Assembly: GCA_035387885.1 (NCBI GenBank)
Contig: DAOOOW010000003.1
Span: 3,498 to 67,497, forward strand
Direction of reading: 5' to 3'
Length of the DNA stretch: 64,000 nt
Source: a bacterium
GTDB lineage: Bacteria > Patescibacteriota > Patescibacteriia > UBA2196
This document shows, in pieces, positions 1 through 9,704 of the stretch. How positions within the stretch are numbered: position 1 is the first letter of the stretch; each line of letters opens with the position of its first letter. The translations under genes and the position numbers were made by a program. The notes beneath the pieces were generated by a model. That model ran no database searches. It saw nothing but the letters and a program-made list of their open reading frames with translations, and was not told the DNA's origin.

Positions 1-134
1 TGCTGACGGTTATTAAAGGTCTTGATCAGGTAACAACTGATAGAATAATTGAATTGACGTAAAACATTTGTTTGGAGGAAGGAAAAAAGTGATTAGGTAC
101 AAGAAAAAGTATTCCTATTGGTGAGCTGGCGGTA

Positions 135-590
135 ATGGTTGGAAGTGCTATTGTTAAAGACGAAGCACTCAGCAGAAGAAACGTCAGAACCACCAAGGAT
201 GGAAAGATTGATGGAAGGGTATTTGTAAAAATCATTAAGATGGTAGCAGTTGAAGAGAATAACATGATTCATTATCTTGATGATGAGCTCAAAAGATGTG
301 TGATCCATCTAGAGTATTATAAAGGCGATAAAACAATCGGGGCATATGTTGGCTTAAGAATGGCAAAAGAGGAAAGTGGAGAATTGAGAGCTCCTAGAAA
401 AAAAATTCGTCAACAAGACGTTTCTTCAATCAGCGATGATATGGAGTTCGATCCAGACAGTATTTGTTGCGTAGCTGCATATATTTCTCGGACGCTTGAG
501 GAAAGAGGGGTAATTTTTACCAGAGAAGAATTTTCTGATTTTGCCATAGCTTTGAAACTTGAAGTATTTTCTGGAAAGGGAAAGAAATAA
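135..590 (+). CDS. hypothetical protein (orphan-like; 5' end uncertain)
   Basis: 151 aa ORF with no recognisable motif, followed by a terminator hairpin. The same frame continues upstream through stops at 60-62 and 90-92. Confidence 0.55.
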   Translation: MVGSAIVKDEALSRRNVRTTKDGKIDGRVFVKIIKMVAVEENNMIHYLDDELKRCVIHLEYYKGDKTIGAYVGLRMAKEESGELRAPRKKIRQQDVSSISDDMEFDPDSICCVAAYISRTLEERGVIFTREEFSDFAIALKLEVFSGKGKK

Positions 591-598
591 ATGCTTTT

Positions 599-625
599 GG
601 CCACACATCTGTGTGGCTTTTTTTT
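599..625 (+). terminator. rho-independent terminator
   Basis: GCCACAC-ATCT-GTGTGGC followed by T8. Confidence 0.8.
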
Positions 626-666
626 GCCCAAAATTCCATTTTCTGTCATAATAATTTTAGAAAATT

Positions 667-1233
667 ATGCCTAAAATTCTCCTTCATTCCTGTTGCGCGC
701 CATGTGGCGGGCAAGTAATTAATGAATTAAAAGCGCAGGGCTTTGAGGTCACTGTCTTTTTTTATAATCCCAATATTTTCCCAATTGAAGAATATGAAAT
801 TAGAAAAAATGAAATAGAAAAATTTTGCCAAAGTCAAAACGTGGAATTTATAGCAGAGGATTACAATCATAAAAAGTGGCTAGAATTTATTAAAGGATTA
901 GAAAAAGAACCAGAAGGCGGACCTCGTTGTTTTAAATGCTATGAATTTCGTCTACAAGAAACAGCTAAATATGCTAAAGAAAATAATTTTGAATATTTTG
1001 CTTCCACACTTTCCATTTCGCCGCACAAAAATGCCGAAAAAATAAATGAAATCGGTAGGGAAGTTGTCTTCAGTCTCCTGACTGGAGACGTAATGCCTCA
1101 TTTAATTTTTTACGAAGCTGACTGGAAAAAACACGACGGCTTTAAAAAATCCTGCGAATTATCTAAAACTCATAATTTTTATCGCCAAAAATATTGTGGC
1201 TGTGAGTTTAGCTTTCATTTGTCTACGCTCTAA
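667..1233 (+). CDS. queH: epoxyqueuosine reductase QueH (DUF208), carrying an in-frame palindrome insertion
   Basis: LLHSCCAPC, FYNPNI, RCFKCY, STLSISPHK and YRQKYCGCEFS motifs. Confidence 0.92.
   Translation: MPKILLHSCCAPCGGQVINELKAQGFEVTVFFYNPNIFPIEEYEIRKNEIEKFCQSQNVEFIAEDYNHKKWLEFIKGLEKEPEGGPRCFKCYEFRLQETAKYAKENNFEYFASTLSISPHKNAEKINEIGREVVFSLLTGDVMPHLIFYEADWKKHDGFKKSCELSKTHNFYRQKYCGCEFSFHLSTL
1063..1096 (+). repeat. REP-like palindrome, family B, inside queH
   Basis: GTTGTCTTCAGTCTCCTGACTGGAGACGTAATGC; 31/34 identical to 27096-27129. Confidence 0.85.
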
Positions 1234-1256
1234 AATATCTAATTAACGCTCCGGCG

Positions 1257-1277
1257 CCTGCCTGCCGGCGAGGCAGG
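1257..1277. repeat. 21-bp palindrome, family A (intergenic copy)
   Basis: CCTGCCTGCCGGCGAGGCAGG; identical to 26089-26109 and 1 mismatch to the reverse complement of 23105-23125. Confidence 0.9.
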
Positions 1278-1332
1278 GATAAATTCCAGTATTTTAATTT
1301 TGTTTGTAAAGTGCTATACTTTAAATATAAAA

Positions 1333-1379
1333 ACCTGCTCGCCGTAGTGATAATTAGTCGTTATGGAGCGAAGGCGGGT
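1333..1379 (+). repeat. GC-rich hairpin or palindromic element in the putative 5' leader
   Basis: ACCTGCTCGCCGTAGTGAT-AATT-AGTCGTTATGGAGCGAAGGCGGGT pairs with several G-U wobbles; lies after TGcTATACT (-10) at 1312-1320. Confidence 0.6.
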
Positions 1380-1387
1380 ACTTAAAT

Positions 1388-1711
1388 ATGACTCATGATA
1401 AATGACTAGATTTAAAAGATAAAATTAGCTCTAATTTTAAAATTGAAGAGTCTAAAAAAGAAACATTAGAAAATGTGTCAGATTCTGTTTGCGAAACTTT
1501 GATTTTTAACGGTCCAAATGGTAAAATAAAGTTAGAGTGGATATCTAAACCCAAAATTTTGGGTGAAAAAACTTTGTATTCCGGTCGGGTGGGCGCTGAT
1601 GTTAAGGTTGAAAAAGTTTATAGTCAAGATGAAAAATCAGAATTTCTTAAGGCCTATCTTTTTAAAGATAATGATTGGCAAGAAATTAATACTCAAAATT
1701 TTAATTTTTAA
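1388..1711 (+). pseudogene. conserved-type CPR hypothetical protein interrupted by in-frame TGA at codon 6 (or restarting at GTG 1475)
   Basis: ATG 1388 reads MTHDK*LDLKDKISSNFKIEESKKE and continues in frame into the 1475..1711 ORF. Confidence 0.6.
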
Positions 1712-1730
1712 ATAATTATTTACTCATTAG

Positions 1731-1772
1731 TTTTGACTTTTGAGTTTTGACTTTTGAGTTTTGACTTTTGAG
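1731..1772. repeat. heptamer tandem repeat (TTTTGAC TTTTGAG)x3
   Basis: perfect 14-mer repeated three times, intergenic. Confidence 0.95.
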
Positions 1773-1781
1773 TTTTTTATT

Positions 1782-1934
1782 ATGTTCATCGGCACAATTT
1801 TATTCATTACAGGTTTGGCGTTTTTGTTAAAAAATTTGGGCATCCTTTCTGGTGTTACCTGGTCATTTATTTGGCCAGTGGTTATTATGCTCATTGGTTT
1901 ATCCATGATTATTAACAAAAAGAAATTAGTCTAG
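1782..1934 (+). CDS. small two-TM membrane protein (LiaF-TM/DUF5668-like), missing from the ORF track
   Basis: 50 aa MFIGTILFITGLAFLLKNLGILSGVTWSFIWPVVIMLIGLSMIINKKKLV; LLxNLG...WP...IG pattern. Confidence 0.8.
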   Translation: MFIGTILFITGLAFLLKNLGILSGVTWSFIWPVVIMLIGLSMIINKKKLV

Positions 1935-1946
1935 CTTATTTTTAAA

Positions 1947-1986
1947 TTAATTTGTTAACTCGTTAATTAATTAACTTGTTAATTAA
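1947..1986. repeat. degenerate octamer tandem repeat TTAAYTNN x5
   Basis: TTAATTTG TTAACTCG TTAATTAA TTAACTTG TTAATTAA. Confidence 0.7.
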
Positions 1987-1991
1987 GTTTT

Positions 1992-3617
1992 ATGTTAGAT
2001 CAAAAAAATTTAGAAGCAGTACCTCAAAATACTGTTGGCTCAACAGTTAGTTCAGAAACCAACATACCTTTAAAAATAATCAAAGAACTTTTTAAAAATT
2101 CTATTGCTTTAACTTGGTTAAAAAAGTGGCGTTTTATTTTTTTAAATATCATTCCTAAATTAATAGGTTTTTTACCTTTTCTGTTTTTGGGGGTTATTTA
2201 TGCAATTCTAGTATTTCAAGTGGGTTTTTCCAAATCTCTCATCAGTATTTCTCTGGTAGCTGGTTTTTTAGCTATTTTTTGTTTACTTTTTTTAATATCT
2301 TGTGTGTTTTGGTCTCAAAACGCTTATATTAATTATTTACAAACTAATGAAGAATCAAAAAAAACAATTTTAAAAAATAGTCGTAAGAAAGTTTGGAAAT
2401 TTTTTTGGGTTAGTATTTTAAGTGGTTTTATGGCTTTTGGTTATTTAATTTTGTTTTTTATCGTTGCGCCATTATTTTATATTTTTGTATCAACAGCAAC
2501 TATTGGCCTAGTGATTGGCGGTATAGTGTTTTTGGTTTTATTGATTCATGGCATCATCAGGGCCATTAAATTTAGTTTAGCCCCTTTAGCTTATTTAATT
2601 GATGATAAAACTGGTATGTTGGCTATTAAACACAGTGAATTCTTAACTTCTGGTTATCGCTGGGCTATTTTTAAAAGAAGTTTGGTTTTTGGATATTTTC
2701 AATTTGTTATTCAAGTTCTTGTTGGTGTGTTGGTTGTATTGGTGGGTCTACTTTTAGGCTTGGGTGGTTTAATTGGTATTCTTGGCACGATATTAATAAT
2801 AGTTTTATCTTTCATTAATATTTTTATTGGTTTATTGTTGGAACCCTTGGGTTATGTATATAATTTTGATATTTATAATAATTTAAAATTAAATAAACAA
2901 ACTGGTGAATCAAAAGAAAAATATTCTTTAGGACAAAAAATAGTTGTTTTATTGTTAATGATTGTTTTGCCGATTATGGCTATTGGTTTTTCTTTGCTTT
3001 TAAATCTTATTAGTCCTGAAAAAGACAATTTAGATAATAATATTTTTTCTTCTTTTGTTAATCAAATAGCTCCAGGCACCATGGAAAATTCAGCCAATAT
3101 TTTAATTAATTTTGAAGAAGATGATTTAAACACTGTTAGCGATCAACAACAACAAGCCAACGATGAATTGTTAAAAACTCTCAATTCACTAACCGAGGCG
3201 GAGACTGTGACAGCTAACAATCTTTTTGTCAAAACTTATCGATCTATGATGAATGGAGAAAACATACCAGAATTTTCAGAAACAGAATTTCAGTTTTTAA
3301 TTATTATGCAGGGTCTTGATGCCACCCCAATTAATAATTTATCTTTAGAAAAAAAGAAATTTATCTGGAATATTTTTTATGTTGATGGTTTAAAAGAACA
3401 AAATGAACAAATTGATTTAAATGATGATATTAATCAAAATGTCGTTCAAGATAATATCAATCAAGACGTTGATCAAGACGGTCTAACTGATGATTGGGAA
3501 AAATATTATAAAACAGATGTCAACAATCCTGATACAGATGGTGATGGTTATTTTGATGGCGACGAGGTGCAAAATGGTTATGATCCCGCTTTGCCTGGCG
3601 ATGCTAAATTAAAATAA
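1992..3617 (+). CDS. multi-TM membrane protein with C-terminal bacterial TSP3-type Ca-binding repeats
   Basis: several hydrophobic helices; C-terminal DVDQDGLTDDWE...NPDTDGDGYFDGDEV..GYDP. Confidence 0.85.
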   Translation: MLDQKNLEAVPQNTVGSTVSSETNIPLKIIKELFKNSIALTWLKKWRFIFLNIIPKLIGFLPFLFLGVIYAILVFQVGFSKSLISISLVAGFLAIFCLLFLISCVFWSQNAYINYLQTNEESKKTILKNSRKKVWKFFWVSILSGFMAFGYLILFFIVAPLFYIFVSTATIGLVIGGIVFLVLLIHGIIRAIKFSLAPLAYLIDDKTGMLAIKHSEFLTSGYRWAIFKRSLVFGYFQFVIQVLVGVLVVLVGLLLGLGGLIGILGTILIIVLSFINIFIGLLLEPLGYVYNFDIYNNLKLNKQTGESKEKYSLGQKIVVLLLMIVLPIMAIGFSLLLNLISPEKDNLDNNIFSSFVNQIAPGTMENSANILINFEEDDLNTVSDQQQQANDELLKTLNSLTEAETVTANNLFVKTYRSMMNGENIPEFSETEFQFLIIMQGLDATPINNLSLEKKKFIWNIFYVDGLKEQNEQIDLNDDINQNVVQDNINQDVDQDGLTDDWEKYYKTDVNNPDTDGDGYFDGDEVQNGYDPALPGDAKLK

Positions 3618-3635
3618 AAAATAAAATAATATAAT

Positions 3636-4142
3636 ATGTTAAAAAAACAAAATCCCCATCAACATTTTAAAATGACCGAACGTGATGTCTCACATTTTTT
3701 TTCTTCTCGCAAAAATATAGCCATTTTTGTGGCGGTTGTAATTACGGTTTGCTTTAGCTCTTGGTTTTTAATTAATAATGATAAAACATCAAATTATCAG
3801 ATTGTCGTGCCCGCAGAAAAAAGTTTTAAAGAAAATCAAGATGACGTTAGTTTAAAAGAAAAATATCAAACAGAAGTCAAAAAAATAGTTTTAGACTATT
3901 TGGAGCAGAGAAAAAATATTGCTAAAAATGATTTAGACAATTGTCAGACAATTATTAAGCAAACAGCGGAAAAAATTATGCAGTTGATGGTACCGGCTGA
4001 GTTTAAAAAGTTTCATTTGGAATTAGTGATTGCTGTGGATAAAGAAAATAATTATTGTGTTGATCCGAAGGTTTTTGCCAACCCAGAATCTAATGTAGTT
4101 TGGGATGAATTAAAATTACAAAACGTTTGGTTAAGTCAATAA
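3636..4142 (+). CDS. hypothetical protein with a single TM anchor
   Basis: ORF in operon; N-terminal hydrophobic helix. Confidence 0.75.
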   Translation: MLKKQNPHQHFKMTERDVSHFFSSRKNIAIFVAVVITVCFSSWFLINNDKTSNYQIVVPAEKSFKENQDDVSLKEKYQTEVKKIVLDYLEQRKNIAKNDLDNCQTIIKQTAEKIMQLMVPAEFKKFHLELVIAVDKENNYCVDPKVFANPESNVVWDELKLQNVWLSQ

Positions 4143-4148
4143 AATTTT

Positions 4149-4913
4149 ATGCTTTTTTTAAGAAAAATATTTATTTATTTATTAAGTTTAAGTAATTTGT
4201 TATTGTTTTTTTTATTGATTTATAAACCAGAAAAAAATATTTATTGGTTGGGGTTATTTATCATTTTTTTATTTTTTTTAAATCGTTTAGCTAGCGGCAA
4301 TAAACTATCTTTAAAACAATTACTTTATTTTTTTTCTTTTAGTTTAATTTTTAGTTTGGTCAGTGTTATCTTTTTAAGCCTTTTGGAAAATATAATTTTG
4401 AGCTACATTTTTATTTTTTTTATAAATCTTTTTTTGTTATTTTATTTTATTATATTATATACCTATGTTTATCGCCCCGAAGATTATTTAGTGTTTAGTC
4501 TAGTTAATTTTATTAGTTATTTGTCTTTTTGGATTTTTTATTCTTTATTTACAGTTAGTTATGTGTTTGTCAATGTTTTAAATGCTTCCATTTGGTTGGT
4601 AGCTGTATTATTAGTCATATTTTCGTTGACAATTTTAGCTTATAATTTTTCTGTGGAAAATTTGAGTATTAAAAAAAATTGGCGTTATTTTTTAGTCTAT
4701 TCATGCTTAATTGGCGAGTTGAGTTGGTTAATTGCTTGGTTGCCTTGGAATTATTTTGTTAAAGGTTTTTGTTTGGCAACTATAGCCTATTTTGTTTTAT
4801 ATTATATTATTAAAAAAATTAAACATGATTGGTTGGCAAAAAATTTTATTTGGCAGACAGCAGTATTAATATTTTTGATGATTGTAATAGTAGCCACCAC
4901 TCGTTGGTTTTAA
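4149..4913 (+). CDS. polytopic membrane protein
   Basis: about 8 hydrophobic segments; closely packed in operon. Confidence 0.8.
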   Translation: MLFLRKIFIYLLSLSNLLLFFLLIYKPEKNIYWLGLFIIFLFFLNRLASGNKLSLKQLLYFFSFSLIFSLVSVIFLSLLENIILSYIFIFFINLFLLFYFIILYTYVYRPEDYLVFSLVNFISYLSFWIFYSLFTVSYVFVNVLNASIWLVAVLLVIFSLTILAYNFSVENLSIKKNWRYFLVYSCLIGELSWLIAWLPWNYFVKGFCLATIAYFVLYYIIKKIKHDWLAKNFIWQTAVLIFLMIVIVATTRWF

Positions 4914-4928
4914 ATTTTTATATTTTTT

Positions 4929-6149
4929 ATGACACAAAAAAAATTTTCCACCAGAAAAATAAAAGACTGCGAACCATCAGAAAAAAAAGAAGCTTGCCCA
5001 GACGAAACACTAGAGAATTTTTATAATGAATTTCTAGAAAAACCTATTAGAAAAAAACAAATAAATTTAATTTGGTTTTTATTTTTAACTGTAATTTTAA
5101 GTTTTTTGGCTAGTATGACTATGTTTTTTTTGTTTCTTTCTGATACATTTTACGATTCCAAAATTTCTACTTGGTTGGGTGTTGAACCCGTAACCCACAA
5201 CAATATTGTAGTTGAAAAAAAAGAAACTTATAATATAGCTGAAGAAGAATATTTAACCAACTTGCTTAAAGAAATTAAGCCAACCAGTGTGGGCATTTTT
5301 TTGCAAGATACAAAGAATAAAACTGAATATTATCAAAATGCAAATTTTGTAGGCAGTGGTATGATTATGACTAGCGACGGCTGGATAGTTACGGCCAAAA
5401 GTCTCTTAAATACTAAAAATAGTTACGTGGTTATTGATCAAAATAGCAAAATTTATCAAGTTTTAGATATTAAAATTGATGAGACTTGGGAGGTGGCCTA
5501 TTTGAAAATCGAAGCTAATAATTTGCCGGTTATGTCTTTAGCAGAATTTAACAATGTGAACCAAGGCGATAGAGTTATTTTAATAACCGGAGTCAATGGT
5601 ATTAATAGTAAAACTATCACTAGTAGAATCGCTGATGCACGCTTAGTTTTAGATAAAGAATATATTCGAGAAACTGAAAAAAATTATTTATATTTTGAAT
5701 TGGCAAGCAAGAAAAATGAAAATATATTTGTTGGTGCGCCTGTAGTTAATTATAAAAAAGAAGTAGTAGGAATTTTATTAAATAACGGTGAAGTTGATTA
5801 TGTGTTACCGGCTAGTTATCTTAAAAAACATTTTAACATGTTATTAACGCTTAAAAAATACATTCCAGCTTTTTTAGGTTTGGAATACATAGATTTAGCG
5901 GCTAATCTTAATCAAGAAACACCCACAGGGGTTTTGGTTGTTAATGTAAAAAATAATTCTCCCTTACTTAAAACATCCATAACTAAAGGCACGATCATTT
6001 TGAAAGTAGGTGATGATTTGCTTAATGTTAATAATAATTTTTCTAATTTAATTCAAGAATATCGAGTGGGTGATAAAATTAATTTGACATATTTAGATAA
6101 AAATTCTGAATCTTCAGTAGAAAAAACTTTAGGTGTCGAACTAAAATAA
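4929..6149 (+). CDS. HtrA/DegP-like trypsin-fold plus PDZ protein, catalytic residues apparently lost
   Basis: TM anchor; GSGMIMTSDGWIVT, GAPVVNYKKEVVGI and FLGL (PDZ) segments; His and GNSGG Ser motifs absent. Confidence 0.8.
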   Translation: MTQKKFSTRKIKDCEPSEKKEACPDETLENFYNEFLEKPIRKKQINLIWFLFLTVILSFLASMTMFFLFLSDTFYDSKISTWLGVEPVTHNNIVVEKKETYNIAEEEYLTNLLKEIKPTSVGIFLQDTKNKTEYYQNANFVGSGMIMTSDGWIVTAKSLLNTKNSYVVIDQNSKIYQVLDIKIDETWEVAYLKIEANNLPVMSLAEFNNVNQGDRVILITGVNGINSKTITSRIADARLVLDKEYIRETEKNYLYFELASKKNENIFVGAPVVNYKKEVVGILLNNGEVDYVLPASYLKKHFNMLLTLKKYIPAFLGLEYIDLAANLNQETPTGVLVVNVKNNSPLLKTSITKGTIILKVGDDLLNVNNNFSNLIQEYRVGDKINLTYLDKNSESSVEKTLGVELK

Positions 6150-6155
6150 TTTTTT

Positions 6156-7073
6156 ATGGTTAATAAAAAAAATAAAATTTATCAATGGTTCTTGCCTCAC
6201 GAAGATAATGGTTATAAGCCACATTCTTTAAGACATAAAAGTTTGGCCATTTATTCTAGTATTTTGATAAGCGTGAAAATTTTAGTCGCTTTTATTCTTC
6301 TTTTAAGTTATCCAAGTCCAGCGGAATTTTCCACCATTACCATTAATAGGATAGTCGAATTAACCAATCAAGAAAGAATAAAAAATGGTTTGCCGGCTTT
6401 AGAACATAATTCTGTTTTGAATTTGGCAGCTGATAAAAAAGCGCAAGACATGTTGCAAAATAATTATTTTGCTCACACATCACCTGCAGGAATTAAACCC
6501 TGGTTTTGGTTTAATGAGGTTAAATATAATTATACATATGCTGGAGAGAATTTGGCCATGAATTTTATTGAAGCCGAAGATGCTCTTGGGGCCTGGATGA
6601 ATTCTCCAAGTCATAGGGAAAATATTTTGTCAAAAAATTTTGAAGATATTGGCATTGGAGTAGCGGTTGGACAAATTAATGGTATGGAAACAACTATTGT
6701 GGTGCAAATGTTTGGTAAAACTTATACTAAAGTAGCTGGTGAATCTTTTGTGCCGACTTCAGAACCGAATCCTGTAGAACAAATAACTGGCCAGCCCACT
6801 TTGGGCGAAGAAGCCTCACAAAAAGAAGTGCGATTAGAAGCCGTTAATAATCAAGGCTGGATGACTAAATTAATTTATTATTCCGAAAGATTTTTTATAG
6901 TTTTCTTGGCCTTTATTTTAATTAATTTGTTGTTGACAATTATTGTCAGAGTGGAAATTCAACATAAACCAATAATTTTACACAGTTTGTTTGTAATTTT
7001 ATTGGCTTTAGTTATGATTTTTATTAAATTTCATTTTATAGAACAGATAGGGCGTGATTTAAATATCATATAA
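6156..7073 (+). CDS. CAP/SCP domain membrane protein
   Basis: LTNQER...KAQDM...YFAH...AGENLA...WMNSPSHRENIL. Confidence 0.92.
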   Translation: MVNKKNKIYQWFLPHEDNGYKPHSLRHKSLAIYSSILISVKILVAFILLLSYPSPAEFSTITINRIVELTNQERIKNGLPALEHNSVLNLAADKKAQDMLQNNYFAHTSPAGIKPWFWFNEVKYNYTYAGENLAMNFIEAEDALGAWMNSPSHRENILSKNFEDIGIGVAVGQINGMETTIVVQMFGKTYTKVAGESFVPTSEPNPVEQITGQPTLGEEASQKEVRLEAVNNQGWMTKLIYYSERFFIVFLAFILINLLLTIIVRVEIQHKPIILHSLFVILLALVMIFIKFHFIEQIGRDLNII

Positions 7074-7090
7074 ATAATAATATAATATTT

Positions 7091-8365
7091 ATGCTTAAAA
7101 GTAACAAAGTTTTAAAGATGCCAGATGGTTTTTTATGGGGTACAGCCACGGCTGCTCACCAAGTGGAAGGTAATAATATTAATTCTGATTGGTGGCAATG
7201 GGAACAAAAAAATGTCGGTAAAATTTTAGATGTTAAAGAAAAAAAATTCCGTAACAAAAAATTTGAACCATCAGGACTTGCTTGTGATCACTATAGTCGC
7301 TTTGAAGAAGATTTTAAATTAATTGAAGAATTGGGCAATAATGCTCATAGATTATCAATCGAATGGGCTAGAATAGAGGCCGAAGAAGGTAAATTGAATT
7401 TAGCAGAATTAGAACATTACCGACAAGTTTTAGAATCTTTAAAAAATAAAAAAATTAAAGTCATGTTAACCTTAAATCATTTTACTTTGCCCTCATGGTT
7501 AGCTGATAAGGGTGGTTGGACTAATTTTAAATCACCTTTTTATTTTAATCGATACGCAACTTTTGTGGCTAAAAATTTAGGACATCTAGTAGATTTTTGG
7601 ATTACTATTAATGAACCAGAAATTTATATGGACATGAGTTATATGTCAGGGTTTTGGCCACCACAAAAAAAAGATATTAAATTAGCTGGTTGGGTTTATT
7701 TTAATATGGCCAGAGCGCATAAAAAAGTTTATAAAAATATTCATAAAATTTTAGATAAAAAAGGACATAAAACTCAAGTTGGTTTTTCTATGAACGTGAT
7801 GTCTTTTGCTTCTTATCGCAAGCATAATTTTTGGGAATTATTTTTTGTGCATGCCGCTGATAGAATTGTTAATCATTCGTTTTATGATTTAACAAAAAAA
7901 TCTCACGATTTTTTGGGTGTTAATTATTATTTTAGGGTTAGACTTAAAAAAAATGAAGGCAGTTTAATACCCGCAGTTGATGAAGTGCATGAAGATGAAA
8001 GTGAACTTAGTGACATGGGGTGGGTGGTGTACTCTCATGGAATTTTTGATGTCTTGATGGATTTTAAAGATTTTAATTTACCAATTTATATCACAGAAAA
8101 TGGCATTGCCACTGAAGATGAAGACCAGCGAGCTAAATTTATTAGTAATCATTTGGCTGAAATTCATCATGCTATTCAAGCGGGTGTGGATGTACGAGGA
8201 TATTTTTATTGGTCGCTTTTAGATAATTTTGAGTGGGATAAGAGTTTTGGACCAAAATTTGGTTTAGTGGCAGTTGATCGGAAAAAAAAGACTCGAAAAC
8301 CCAAAGAAAGTTTTTATGCTTATCAAAAAATATGTCAAACTAATACCGTGAGGCCGGTTGCTTAA
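7091..8365 (+). CDS. glycoside hydrolase family 1 (beta-glucosidase-like)
   Basis: FLWGTATAAHQVEG, TINEP (acid/base), ITENG (nucleophile) and WSLLDNFEW. Confidence 0.95.
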   Translation: MLKSNKVLKMPDGFLWGTATAAHQVEGNNINSDWWQWEQKNVGKILDVKEKKFRNKKFEPSGLACDHYSRFEEDFKLIEELGNNAHRLSIEWARIEAEEGKLNLAELEHYRQVLESLKNKKIKVMLTLNHFTLPSWLADKGGWTNFKSPFYFNRYATFVAKNLGHLVDFWITINEPEIYMDMSYMSGFWPPQKKDIKLAGWVYFNMARAHKKVYKNIHKILDKKGHKTQVGFSMNVMSFASYRKHNFWELFFVHAADRIVNHSFYDLTKKSHDFLGVNYYFRVRLKKNEGSLIPAVDEVHEDESELSDMGWVVYSHGIFDVLMDFKDFNLPIYITENGIATEDEDQRAKFISNHLAEIHHAIQAGVDVRGYFYWSLLDNFEWDKSFGPKFGLVAVDRKKKTRKPKESFYAYQKICQTNTVRPVA

Positions 8366-8367
8366 TT

Positions 8368-9636
8368 ATGAAAAAAAATATTCAGAAAATACTTTATTTA
8401 TTAGCTAAAAAAATATTAAAAATATATCAGCCACAAATAATTGCCATAACTGGTTCAGTTGGTAAAACTTCTGTTAAGGAAGCAGTTTATTTGGTACTTA
8501 AAGATAATTTTTCGGTAGCGACTAACATTAAAAATTATAATACAGAATTTGGTGTACCTTTAACAATTATCAAAGCTAAGAGTGGTGGTAAAAATATTTT
8601 GAAGTGGTTAACGGTGATTTTAAAAGCTTTAAAAAAAATTATTTGTAAAGATAAAAAATATCCGAAGATATTAATTTTAGAAATGGCTGCTGATCATCCT
8701 GGGGATATTGAATATTTAGTTAAATTAGCTCAACCTAATCTAGCCATTATTACAGCTATTGGACCAGCTCATATGGAATTTTTTGGTTCTTTGGAAAATA
8801 TCATTAAAGAAAAACAAACTTTAATTACTAAATTAAATAAAGACGCTCAGGCTATTTTAAACGCTGATGACAATTTGGTCTTAGCTATGAAAAATAAAAC
8901 TGAGGCCCAAGTTTTAACTTATGGTTTAGGTGAAAATGCTCTAGTTAGGGCGACAAATATTAGATATGAAGATGATGGTAGCGGCATCTATTGTACTATT
9001 AATTATGGTCAAGAAACTGCTGAAGCTCATTTTAAAAATGTTTTGGCTTTAACTCAAATAGGTTCTCTAATGGCAGCTATTACAGTTGGTCTGATTTATC
9101 AAATGTCTTTAGAAAATATAATTAAAAAATTAATTGATTTTAAATTCCCGGCTGGTAGATTGCAATTTTTAGCTGGTATTAAACAGACCCAAATTATAGA
9201 TGATACTTATAATTCTTCTCCTAAAGCAGTTAAAGTGGCTTTAGAAGTTTTGTCTAGAGTTGCTTGTGCATCCAGACGTTTTGCTGTTTTAGGAGATATG
9301 TTGGAGTTGGGTAATTATTCCGAAACTGCCCATGCGGAAGTGGGCGAGTGGGTTAAAGAATATAAAATTGATATTTTAATTGCCGTTGGCCAAAGTTCTA
9401 AAAAAACAGCTGAAGTGGCTGAAATAAATGGTTTAGCCAGAGAGCATGTTTTGGTTTTTGACACAGCTTTTGAGGCTGGTAAATTTTTGCAAAATGAAAT
9501 TGTTCAAGGCGATTTAATTTTAGTTAAAGGCTCGCAAAGCATGAGGATGGAAAGAGTGGTTAAAGAAATTATGGCCGAACCGAACCGTGCCGAGGAATTG
9601 CTTGTGCGTCAAAGTGAGGGTTGGTTAACTAAATAA
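8368..9636 (+). CDS. murF: UDP-N-acetylmuramoyl-tripeptide--D-alanyl-D-alanine ligase
   Basis: ITGSVGKT, NTEFGVPLT, DDTYNSSP, LGDMLELG and LVKGSQSMRME. Confidence 0.93.
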   Translation: MKKNIQKILYLLAKKILKIYQPQIIAITGSVGKTSVKEAVYLVLKDNFSVATNIKNYNTEFGVPLTIIKAKSGGKNILKWLTVILKALKKIICKDKKYPKILILEMAADHPGDIEYLVKLAQPNLAIITAIGPAHMEFFGSLENIIKEKQTLITKLNKDAQAILNADDNLVLAMKNKTEAQVLTYGLGENALVRATNIRYEDDGSGIYCTINYGQETAEAHFKNVLALTQIGSLMAAITVGLIYQMSLENIIKKLIDFKFPAGRLQFLAGIKQTQIIDDTYNSSPKAVKVALEVLSRVACASRRFAVLGDMLELGNYSETAHAEVGEWVKEYKIDILIAVGQSSKKTAEVAEINGLAREHVLVFDTAFEAGKFLQNEIVQGDLILVKGSQSMRMERVVKEIMAEPNRAEELLVRQSEGWLTK

Positions 9637-9704
9637 AATATTGTTTGATAAAAGGCAAGAGCACAATTTTTATGCTAATATGTTAAAATGTTATATATGA
9701 TTTT

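Noticed and set aside
1403-1405. Genome-wide TGA recoding (code 4 or 25)
   Set aside because: TGA ends def (20957), the rSAM at 41787 (ATGA overlap) and the GT4 at 42929, and long genes contain no in-frame TGA.
1731-1772. CRISPR array
   Set aside because: Contiguous 7/14-nt units with no spacers; no regularly spaced 25-40 bp repeats or cas genes were seen in the window.
1727-1918. Minus-strand 63-aa ORF
   Set aside because: Shadow of the plus-strand membrane protein at 1782-1934; its tail is the translated heptamer repeat.
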